From the IMG/VR virus record IMGVR_UViG_2883187667_000001, positions 1 to 64,000 of that record: a DNA stretch of 64,000 nt; one strand, written 5' to 3'. The notes beneath the pieces are model-generated. The model had not been told where the DNA came from. It searched no databases and saw only the letters and a list, made by a program, of their open reading frames with translations. Positions 9,841 through 17,466 of this stretch are shown here, in pieces (position 1 is the stretch's first letter; each line of letters starts with the position of its first letter). The stretch is from a virus. Taxonomy: Duplodnaviria; Caudoviricetes. Both the position numbers and the translations under genes were made by a program.

Positions 9841-10061
9841 GGCAACCGGATCAAGAAAGCATTGGGTGCGCGCTCTTACCCGGCGCGCTTAGGATGCGAT
9901 ACATACAGCCAACCGCTATTGCGCAAGCGGAGGTGTAACCAGGACTGACTCGCGTCTTTTTTCCGTGCGCGAGGACACGGTGTATCGCATTCGCTTTACC
10001 GACCATTCTGGTGACATCAACAAAATGGTCAGGAAAGCGCCTTGTAACCAAGGCAGCAGAA

Positions 10062-10313
10062 TTACGCTGTCGCATCGGTTTCTTTTGCCGGTTGCGGCAT
10101 TTGGTAGACGAGCCGGAGGAATCTGGCTTCATCCGCACGATCACAATCGTCACCGACCAAGGCGATCCAGAAGTTGTTTACGCCGGTTGCTATTGCGCGA
10201 TGGCAAGCCGCATCAGCACCGCTTTTGGATTTTTCTGCCAGATCAACGGCGATTTTGATCTGCCGCTCGGCCTCCTCGGTTATCTCTGTGTACGTCCAGG
10301 TTTTTTGTGTCAT
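10062..10313 (-). CDS. First gene of leftward (pL) operon, hypothetical
   Basis: MTQKTWTYTEITEEAERQ with RBS GAGGA. Confidence 0.6.
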   Translation of the reverse strand: MTQKTWTYTEITEEAERQIKIAVDLAEKSKSGADAACHRAIATGVNNFWIALVGDDCDRADEARFLRLVYQMPQPAKETDATA

Positions 10314-10510
10314 GTCGTCCTCGCGTGTTTTTTGGTGCCGGCATTCTTCCGTCCACCGCTTTGTTGAGCAGGCCCACTGTTTGCCCTGCGCTTTACGCGC
10401 TGTAACCTGCTCAAGAAAGCGCCCTTTTGCTATCAAGGGCGTTCGTTTGCTCCGCGCTTCGGTTCAAGGGCGCGTCAGGCCTTGGGCGAAATACGCCTTT
10501 TATCCTCCGA

Positions 10511-10540
10511 TGAGTCCGTGGGACTCGCTGTTAAAGAGCG
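10511..10540 (-). promoter_or_regulatory. nut-like antitermination site (boxA + hairpin)
   Basis: Minus strand CGCTCTTTAACA (boxA, 10529-10540) followed by hairpin GAGTCC-CAC-GGACTC, just downstream of pL. Confidence 0.75.
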
Positions 10541-10574
10541 CCGCCCGGTTGGGTGGGTGGCTGCGTCGGGTGAA

Positions 10575-10618
10575 ATATTACACTTACCGTGTAATTTATG
10601 TCAACACATTACGTGTAA
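10575..10618 (-). promoter_or_regulatory. pL promoter with two repressor operators
   Basis: TTGACA-18-TAATAT; operators TTACAC-N5-GTGTAA (10578-10594) and CAACAC-N5-GTGTAA (10602-10618). Confidence 0.85.
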
Positions 10619-10685
10619 ATATTTTTATAATCCCCTCGCGCCAACCGACAGGCACAAAAAAACCCGCTCGTAGCAGGTTGCGGGC

Positions 10686-10716
10686 AATAAAAAGCCCGCC
10701 GAAGCGGGCTGATTTT
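10686..10716 (-). terminator. Rho-independent terminator ending the cI-downstream cassette
   Basis: AGCCCGC-TTCG-GCGGGCT followed by TTTTT; second hairpin + T7 at ~10655-10678. Confidence 0.8.
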
Positions 10717-10736
10717 GTTATGGGCAACAGGTAGCG

Positions 10737-11717
10737 CTATAGTGACATTTCTTCCTGTTTTGCAGTTTCAATCCGCTTAAATGACGAAACGAGCATAAAT
10801 CTAGGTCTTCCTCGCCCATCCATTTCGTACTCACCCGTTACCTCTACTGTTGAACCAAGTAGCGGACGCACTGCTTCAGCGGTAACTTCCGGAAATACAC
10901 ACCGCAAAGTACCTACCCCAGAGATGTTGCGTAAATGGAATCTTGTCTTATCAAGGTCAACCTCACGAAATTCACCAGTAAACGTTCCATGTTTTTTGGA
11001 ATGAAGTTTGGGTTTTTTCAGGGCATCATGAATAACAACGCGCTCGCGTTGTGATAGTTCAGATGGTTTCTGTCCGGGTACAAAAAGCTCTACCGTATGT
11101 ATTCCCAACCGGCCTGTTGGCGATAAGCGGTATGCGGCCGTAAGTCCGGCATCCCGAGCGGCGGGATCGGGCATGGCCTCATAGATACCCGCATTCAAGC
11201 CTTCATCGTCCACAAAACCTGGAATTATAGATAGTTGCCTAATGGCTGATCGGACTGTTACAAAAACGGGCTCTTGATCGCCATCGAAAAACACATCACC
11301 ATCACCTGGCTGCAGCTTAACTCCCGCATAAATACTCCCCGGAGCAAAGCCTGTGAGCCTAATATCAAGATTCTTTGCTAGATGATTGGCGCTACTTTCT
11401 GTGAGATCAAAAATTGCCTTTGCAAGCAATCTTAGTTGCTTTTCTGCTCCACCAACCAGCCAGTTTATAGCATGTATGCTTGGCAGATAACCTTTAGTGT
11501 CCGGGCCTTCTGCATGAAAAACCAAATCTGAGTTTTCAAGCAGTCGCGCCAGTGGATATTCCTCAGCATAAAGCTGGTCAAGTAACTTGTAATAAGGATT
11601 TTCAGCCGCAAAAAACTCATCGTGGGTCATCTGCCCCTGCAGAAGACGCCATGCCTCCGCCATTTGCTCATGTATCATGGCTGCGCGATGATGGATCAAT
11701 GCGTAATTATTCACCAT
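10737..11717 (-). CDS. Unknown 326-aa protein, partner of nucleotidyltransferase
   Basis: Start overlaps stop of upstream gene; FAPGS motif, beta-rich OB-like C-terminus. Confidence 0.8.
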   Translation of the reverse strand: MVNNYALIHHRAAMIHEQMAEAWRLLQGQMTHDEFFAAENPYYKLLDQLYAEEYPLARLLENSDLVFHAEGPDTKGYLPSIHAINWLVGGAEKQLRLLAKAIFDLTESSANHLAKNLDIRLTGFAPGSIYAGVKLQPGDGDVFFDGDQEPVFVTVRSAIRQLSIIPGFVDDEGLNAGIYEAMPDPAARDAGLTAAYRLSPTGRLGIHTVELFVPGQKPSELSQRERVVIHDALKKPKLHSKKHGTFTGEFREVDLDKTRFHLRNISGVGTLRCVFPEVTAEAVRPLLGSTVEVTGEYEMDGRGRPRFMLVSSFKRIETAKQEEMSL

Positions 11718-12166
11718 GAATCTATCCTCAAAATACCTTTTTTATCCTTTGCTTCAAGGCCTTTCGTACACGCGGTTTTTTCACCAACATACTGAAAAAA
11801 TGACGCGAAGTCATTACCTCCTTGCAATACCGGATAAAAATCTACAAGCATATCAGTGCGAAGGCGAAGATGATTACGCTGACAATATAGCACCACCTTT
11901 CCGGCAATCAGATCATCAGCGCTACGCAGGTCTATTAATAGCTCTACATCGGATGGTATCGGCTTATCGGTAACATAGCTACCGTCTACAAACAATGGGG
12001 CGCGCGGAAAACTTTGGGCTCTGAATTCATTCAGCACATCGCCAAGTTTGCACCATAGGCTTGCGCGGTGATCATTCCAGCACAAGACTGATTCAGCCTC
12101 ATCAAGTGTGCACGAATGTACACCGACAGGTAGAAGCCCTTTCTCATTCATTTGAGGTATCGACAT
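11711..12166 (-). CDS. Pol-beta-fold nucleotidyltransferase (DUF6932-like)
   Basis: IP....GLLPVGVH N-terminus and VDGSYVTDKPIPSDVE (GS...DxE) motif. Confidence 0.7.
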   Translation of the reverse strand: MSIPQMNEKGLLPVGVHSCTLDEAESVLCWNDHRASLWCKLGDVLNEFRAQSFPRAPLFVDGSYVTDKPIPSDVELLIDLRSADDLIAGKVVLYCQRNHLRLRTDMLVDFYPVLQGGNDFASFFQYVGEKTACTKGLEAKDKKGILRIDSW

Positions 12167-12283
12167 TACTCATTTCGTCCAGAACTGTAACCGATCTGTA
12201 CCCGCCTGAAAAATACATTAACAAAACCTGTCAACTTTGACAGGTTACAACCGCAAAACCACCCACTAAAATAGTGGGTCTAA

Positions 12284-12766
12284 TCAACCAATCTTCCGTT
12301 TGACCAGATCAGACGTGGTCGGCTTTTCGCCTCCATTTTTTATAGTCTGCAAACCGTCCATCGCCAACCCCTCCAAGGCTGTCATCACTGATTCAACTGG
12401 TGTTCCGCTGAGCAATTTTCGCTCACTCAACGGTGCTAGCAACAAATCAACTGCCGTCTGAGTTTCAGGGGGTGCGGCGCTATATTGATCCACTATCTGA
12501 TATGTGGTGGATGTCCTGTACATGTCTGGTACTGGAGCGCTGATCTCATTGCTCGACTGACTGCCAAACATCAGGAAGCATGGTGTTTTTCCTAGTTTGG
12601 TCGCCAGCAGCATGACAGTTTGCGCATCCGGCTCGCGCAGTCCTTGCTCAAAATTTGAAATCCTTGATACCGACAACTGCCCTCCCGTCAGATCAGACAG
12701 TTGTTGGAGTTTCAGCCCTGCAGCTTCTCTCGCGGCTTTGATGCGTAATCCAATTTCTTTTTTCAT
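12284..12766 (-). CDS. CI-like Xre-family repressor without S24 peptidase domain
   Basis: HTH (IKAAREAAGLKLQQLS...SRISNFEQGLREP), divergent from cro-like gene. Confidence 0.85.
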   Translation of the reverse strand: MKKEIGLRIKAAREAAGLKLQQLSDLTGGQLSVSRISNFEQGLREPDAQTVMLLATKLGKTPCFLMFGSQSSNEISAPVPDMYRTSTTYQIVDQYSAAPPETQTAVDLLLAPLSERKLLSGTPVESVMTALEGLAMDGLQTIKNGGEKPTTSDLVKRKIG

Positions 12767-12783
12767 TGCTCAATTAAGCCCGC

Positions 12784-12854
12784 ATACACAACTCGTGTAA
12801 ATCAACTATTCGTGGAATTCACGCTTGACTATTACACTTTTGGTGTAATAATCT
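12784..12854 (+). promoter_or_regulatory. oR operators and pR promoter
   Basis: ATACAC-N5-GTGTAA (12784-12800), TTACAC-N5-GTGTAA (12832-12848); TTGACT-18-TAATCT. Confidence 0.85.
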
Positions 12855-12860
12855 ATTCAC

Positions 12861-13058
12861 ATGAACCTGATTACATACATCGAGAAAACCGGAGACGCGG
12901 CGGCGGCGCACGAGTTCGGGATATCTGAGCGAGCAGCGGCTTCATGGCGTCGACGAGAGCGATTCCCTAGCCTGAAAAAGGCCAGAGAAATATCCGCACT
13001 GAAAGGATGGACGCTTGAGCAGGTCTATCCAAAACAGGCAGAAGAATGCCACCAGTAA
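12861..13058 (+). CDS. Cro-like regulator
   Basis: 65-aa HTH (AAAHEFGISERAAASWRRRERFP) divergent from cI. Confidence 0.85.
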   Translation: MNLITYIEKTGDAAAAHEFGISERAAASWRRRERFPSLKKAREISALKGWTLEQVYPKQAEECHQ

Positions 13059-13117
13059 ACCGTTCCTCCTGCTCATGCGCCCGCGCCCGTGGCGAGTAAC
13101 GACGACGTTCGCAGCTT

Positions 13118-13142
13118 GCCCTCTTCCGGTAGGGCTTTTTTT
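13118..13142 (+). terminator. tR1-like intrinsic terminator
   Basis: GCCCT-N8-AGGGC followed by T7. Confidence 0.6.
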
Positions 13143-13212
13143 GAATTTTAGGCTTCAGTGCATACAGGTACTCCAATGATTAAGGCGATTAAGCTCGTGA
13201 TTGAAGACTGCT

Positions 13213-13473
13213 TCAGCTTATCCAGGACTGATCGTCATTTAGGTAGAGCGCCCTGTAAGCGTAGCCTGCTCTATCAGCACAATCGACGATGTGAGATAGA
13301 AAGAGCAGCCCGCTCTTGGCGGGTAGCAAGTAGGCACTATCGGATATGGCTTGATAGCCTTCTGGAGCCGATTCCAACTTTGATTTTAGGTTGCGCTGGA
13401 ACGTATCAAGACGTCTGTAATCGTAGCCTTCATGCCATTCAGGTATTTCGATCAAAAGCAGTATTTGGTTCAT
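13213..13473 (-). CDS. Hypothetical protein (counter-oriented moron)
   Basis: 86-aa ORF with GGAG RBS. Confidence 0.5.
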   Translation of the reverse strand: MNQILLLIEIPEWHEGYDYRRLDTFQRNLKSKLESAPEGYQAISDSAYLLPAKSGLLFLSHIVDCADRAGYAYRALYLNDDQSWIS

Positions 13474-13513
13474 TTTTTAAGCTCCATGGGAAAAAGAATG
13501 ATGAGGAAGACGC

Positions 13514-13810
13514 ATGAGCGATAAATCCCAAGGGAATAGCGGTACGTCTTTCGAAGCAAGTGATGAAATCATGGATAAATTCATGGAAAAAACGCTTGCT
13601 ATCGACGCCGAAACGGATAGATCCAATACCAAAAAAAACCATGTGGGCTTGATATACCAATTCGTTACCAACCATGTAGTGCAAACCTCTGTCGCCCTGA
13701 GCGCTGATGAAAGCGGCAAACAAAAGCTGGAATACCTACCCGTTGAAGAAGTGATTGAGCGGTTGTGTGCTGCGTTTGAAAAGGTCAATGACCGCGTAGC
13801 AGGCTGGTGA
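13514..13810 (+). CDS. Hypothetical protein
   Basis: 98-aa ORF with GAGGA RBS. Confidence 0.45.
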   Translation: MSDKSQGNSGTSFEASDEIMDKFMEKTLAIDAETDRSNTKKNHVGLIYQFVTNHVVQTSVALSADESGKQKLEYLPVEEVIERLCAAFEKVNDRVAGW

Positions 13811-14009
13811 TCGCTGTAACGATGCTTTTTTTTGATGCGATGGGATCTTCCTGTATGGATATGGCTTTGGCGCACAAGGGGCATGAATACACTGCGCACT
13901 GGATTTTATCCGTGTTGCGAACACCGGGTTGCCGATATTCGGCGTCCAGCTTGTTGATTACGAGCGATTGAATGAATTTTTCGCAGTGTGGACATTTGAC
14001 TATTTCCAT
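13785..14009 (-). CDS. Small zinc-ribbon protein (counter-oriented)
   Basis: CPHC...YSCPLC; GGAGG RBS. Confidence 0.6.
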   Translation of the reverse strand: MEIVKCPHCEKFIQSLVINKLDAEYRQPGVRNTDKIQCAVYSCPLCAKAISIQEDPIASKKSIVTAITSLLRGH

Positions 14010-14151
14010 AGAGGGTTCCTCCCATGCAAAGCGTTGTTGTGTGGAAACTCAATTCTATACGCACGGTCATGAACCCTCGCCATTTTTCCATGGTGCGCAG
14101 TATCCCACCGGAAGCGCACCCAGATAATACGACTACAAAACGGAGTTCGTT

Positions 14152-14610
14152 GTGAGAAGAATTGCTAAACAGACACACCGCGCCCTATTCCTCGCGTTGC
14201 AGGCCGACGCAAAGGAGTTCCCTGGCGGCATTCGCTCTATCGCCGAATCAATGGGGATGAACGGAACCAATCTGGCCAATGGCCTGAACCCTGATCACGA
14301 TGCCCTTCCCCCATCTTTCGGCGTGGTGCTCGAAGTCATCATGCTCGCGCAAGCAAAAAGAGCCGTTTTTTACCTGACCCAGATGGTTGGGCAAGTGCCG
14401 ATGGATTTCGAAGTGCTGGAGCCCCGGTCACCGGCTGAAGCGATCGCATTGTTTCTGTCGTTGGTTGAGAAAGTATCTGCTGTGCTGGGCCATGGGTCGC
14501 ATGCCGCAAAAGACGGGCATTTTGACGCCGAAGAGCGCAAAGCGCTTGAGCCTATGTTGTTTGCGCTGATGCAGGCCTGCGGCATTTTGTTGCAGGCGAT
14601 CAAGCGATAG
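14152..14610 (+). CDS. CII-family phage regulatory protein
   Basis: FPGGIRSIAESMGMN...LANGLNP and DGHFDAEERK motifs; position after cro. Confidence 0.75.
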   Translation: MRRIAKQTHRALFLALQADAKEFPGGIRSIAESMGMNGTNLANGLNPDHDALPPSFGVVLEVIMLAQAKRAVFYLTQMVGQVPMDFEVLEPRSPAEAIALFLSLVEKVSAVLGHGSHAAKDGHFDAEERKALEPMLFALMQACGILLQAIKR

Positions 14611-14822
14611 ATTTTATGCGGAACAACGACATCACCAGACCGATATCGCCCATTTGCTGCGGTTGCGGAGCGGAAATACAAGTTGAAGGAGAGCTGTGTC
14701 GCGAATGCGCCGCAGGATTCTGCCGTATGGCTTTCAGGTACGTCAACGTATCTGTTGGCGCCATTACCCCGTTATCAGCCGTATGTAATTGATCCTGATG
14801 ATCCGGTTATTGGTGATTTCGC

Positions 14823-16031
14823 ATGACTGCCTATTACAACGAAATCGACAAAAACGCCGCCGCTTGGCTGCGAGAATTGATAGCAGACGGCCAGATCGCT
14901 CCGGGAGACGTTGATGAGAGCAGTATTGAATATGTCAAACCAGACGACCTTGTGGGATATACCCAATGTCACTTCTTTGCCGGGATCGGTGGCTGGAGCT
15001 ATGCGCTTAGACTCGCCGGATGGCCGGATGATAGACCGGTCTGGACAGGAAGTTGTCCATGCCAACCGTTCAGCGCGGCAGGCAAAAGAAAAGGGGTTGC
15101 TGACGAGCGGCACCTATGGCCGGCCTGGTTTCACCTCATTGAGCAGCGTCGCCCTCCAGTCGTGTTTGGTGAGCAAGTTGAATCAGCGATTAAACATGGG
15201 TGGCTTGATCTTGTTCAAGATGATCTGGAAGGAATCGGTTACGCCGTCGGGGCGGTCGGTTTGCCTGCTGCGAGCATCGGCGCGGCGCATATCCGTCAGC
15301 GACTATGGTTCGTGGCCAACGCCGAGAGCAAACGACAATACCGGATCACAGGAATGCCCGAATCGTCAGGGCGGCCAATCGTTGCAACAGGCAGCGACAC
15401 TGGCTTCATGGGCTACGCCGCGAGTAACAACGAACAACGGTATCGGTTCTCCGGATCGAGCCATAGACAACAAGAGCAGACTGGAAGACCAGGTGCATCT
15501 GTCGGGATGGTGTACCCCTTCTGCGAGAGACTGGAAGGATACCGCCGGGATGGCGACAGCAGCGACGAATCCGGACGGGTCGATACGGAACAGGGTGGAT
15601 CAGTTACCGAGACAGGCGCAGTTAGCCCCGTGGCCGACCCCAATGGCGGGAACACCGGCACAGAACGGCAACAATGCGGCGGGGAACAACGACAGCTCCC
15701 GGAAAACCGTGTTCCTGGCGTCGTGGGCGACTCCGACCGTAACGGACGAGAGGCGCGGAGTGAAGCCGCCACGTCCGCACGACACGGGGGTTCCGTTGAC
15801 TCAGCAAGTGACTGGCATTGGATCGAATGCCGAGACGGCAAGTTCCGCCCAATTGAACCCGGCGTTTTCCCGCTGGTTAATGGGCTACCCCGTGGAGTGG
15901 TGCCAAGCAGCGATCCGAGCGCACCGGGGTATGCCAACGCGACGAGCGAAGCGCGCATGATGCGGCTCAAGGGATATGGCAACGCGATTCACCCAGAGCT
16001 GGCGGCTGAATTTATCAGGGCTGCATCATGA
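14823..16031 (+). CDS. C5-cytosine DNA methyltransferase, alpha polypeptide
   Basis: FFAGIGG, GSCPCQPFS, EQV, RQRLW, GYGNAI motifs; lacks motif IX. Confidence 0.9.
   Translation: MTAYYNEIDKNAAAWLRELIADGQIAPGDVDESSIEYVKPDDLVGYTQCHFFAGIGGWSYALRLAGWPDDRPVWTGSCPCQPFSAAGKRKGVADERHLWPAWFHLIEQRRPPVVFGEQVESAIKHGWLDLVQDDLEGIGYAVGAVGLPAASIGAAHIRQRLWFVANAESKRQYRITGMPESSGRPIVATGSDTGFMGYAASNNEQRYRFSGSSHRQQEQTGRPGASVGMVYPFCERLEGYRRDGDSSDESGRVDTEQGGSVTETGAVSPVADPNGGNTGTERQQCGGEQRQLPENRVPGVVGDSDRNGREARSEAATSARHGGSVDSASDWHWIECRDGKFRPIEPGVFPLVNGLPRGVVPSSDPSAPGYANATSEARMMRLKGYGNAIHPELAAEFIRAAS
14911..15960 (+). CDS. Overlapping +1-frame methyltransferase beta polypeptide (TRD repeats + motif IX); start uncertain
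   Basis: Five WxTP repeats and LNPAFSRWLMGYPVEW (motif IX). Confidence 0.75.
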   Translation: MMRAVLNMSNQTTLWDIPNVTSLPGSVAGAMRLDSPDGRMIDRSGQEVVHANRSARQAKEKGLLTSGTYGRPGFTSLSSVALQSCLVSKLNQRLNMGGLILFKMIWKESVTPSGRSVCLLRASARRISVSDYGSWPTPRANDNTGSQECPNRQGGQSLQQAATLASWATPRVTTNNGIGSPDRAIDNKSRLEDQVHLSGWCTPSARDWKDTAGMATAATNPDGSIRNRVDQLPRQAQLAPWPTPMAGTPAQNGNNAAGNNDSSRKTVFLASWATPTVTDERRGVKPPRPHDTGVPLTQQVTGIGSNAETASSAQLNPAFSRWLMGYPVEWCQAAIRAHRGMPTRRAKRA

Positions 16032-16507
16032 CGACGCCACAAAACAAAACCATTGCATTCACTGTGCCGGGCGAACCCACAGCAAAGGGTAGGGCGCGCT
16101 CAACTAAATCCGGGCGTCATTACACGCCGGATAAAACAGCGCGTTACGAGAATCTGGTAAAAATTATTGCGAGCCAGGCTATGAGCGACGCCTTTCCATT
16201 CACTGTGTCAGGCGTTGATGAGTTTTCCCACAAAAACGATATAGAGCGCCTATTTACAGGCGCCGTCATCCTGACATTTCGCGCGTTTTTCTCAGTGCCA
16301 GAAAGTTGGAGCGCTAAAAAGAAAAAATCGTGTCTTCTCGGTGAGATTTACCCGACAAAAAAACCCGACATCGACAATATCGAAAAAGCGTTGCTGGACG
16401 GGATGAATGGCGTTGTGTGGCGCGATGATGTGCAGGTGGTCGATGTGATTAAAAGCAAGCGATTTGGAAGCCCCGCGCGCGTTGAGGTTGAGGTTACGGC
16501 GTTATGA
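16028..16507 (+). CDS. rusA: RusA Holliday junction resolvase
   Basis: VPGEPTAKGRAR, KKPDIDNIEKALLDGMNG, DDVQV. Confidence 0.9.
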   Translation: MTTPQNKTIAFTVPGEPTAKGRARSTKSGRHYTPDKTARYENLVKIIASQAMSDAFPFTVSGVDEFSHKNDIERLFTGAVILTFRAFFSVPESWSAKKKKSCLLGEIYPTKKPDIDNIEKALLDGMNGVVWRDDVQVVDVIKSKRFGSPARVEVEVTAL

Positions 16508-17466
16508 GCGTACTACACGTAGTTTCCGTTTCCGGAGGTAAAGACTCAGACGCAACTCTGTTCTTGGCGCTGAATCGATACCCGAAATCCCGAGTGATTC
16601 CATGTTTCGCCGACACCGGAAACGAACATGATGCTGTTTATGAGCATCTTGATTATCTTGAGGCCGCCCTCGATATAAAAATTGTGCGCCTGAAAGCGAA
16701 TTTCGAGCGGCAGATCGCACGGAAGCGTCTGTTTATTGCTCGCGACCAGCGCACCGGTCGCGATGACCGGGGGCGCAAGTTGCGGTGGAGCAATAAGAGC
16801 AAGCGTCGCGCGCTGGAAGCATTGCACCCCACAGGAAACCCTTATCTCGATCTGTGTATGTGGAAAGGACGCTTTCCTTCCAGGAAAGCTCAGTTTTGCA
16901 CGCAAGAGTTGAAGCGTGATTTGCTGGTCAACTTCCAAATGGACTTAGTAGACGCGGGTCATCGCGTAGTGAGCTGGCAAGGAGTCCGACGCGATGAATC
17001 GCTCAATCGGCGCAATGCAAAATTGTTCGAGCGCCTGAACCCACGCTTATACGCCTATCGCCCGCTTGTTGATTGGACAGCACAACAGGTTTTCGACTAT
17101 CTGCGAGAGCGAAGACTAATCCCCAATACCCTCTATAAACAAGGCATGAGCCGCGTCGGCTGTATGCCCTGCATTAACGCCAACAAAAACGAAATCGCAC
17201 AAATAGCCGCGCGTTTCCCAGGGCACATACAGCGCATTGCGGAGTGGGAGCGTCTTGTTTGCGCTGTCAGCAAGCGCGGCTTTGCGACATTTTTCAACAA
17301 GGAATTGCATACCGATAAAGGCAATGATCAGCATGTGCATGCCACTAACTGTATTGAATCGGTTGTCGACTATGCGCGCACTACCCGAGGCGGAAAGCAA
17401 TACGGTCTGTTTGAGTCGCATATTGATGTAAGTGAGTGTGCATCAGCTTATGGGTTGTGCGAATGA
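16504..17466 (+). CDS. PAPS-reductase-family (PP-loop) phage protein
   Basis: SGGKDS, FADTG, FCTQELK, GVRRDES, RVGCMPC. Confidence 0.9.
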   Translation: MSVLHVVSVSGGKDSDATLFLALNRYPKSRVIPCFADTGNEHDAVYEHLDYLEAALDIKIVRLKANFERQIARKRLFIARDQRTGRDDRGRKLRWSNKSKRRALEALHPTGNPYLDLCMWKGRFPSRKAQFCTQELKRDLLVNFQMDLVDAGHRVVSWQGVRRDESLNRRNAKLFERLNPRLYAYRPLVDWTAQQVFDYLRERRLIPNTLYKQGMSRVGCMPCINANKNEIAQIAARFPGHIQRIAEWERLVCAVSKRGFATFFNKELHTDKGNDQHVHATNCIESVVDYARTTRGGKQYGLFESHIDVSECASAYGLCE

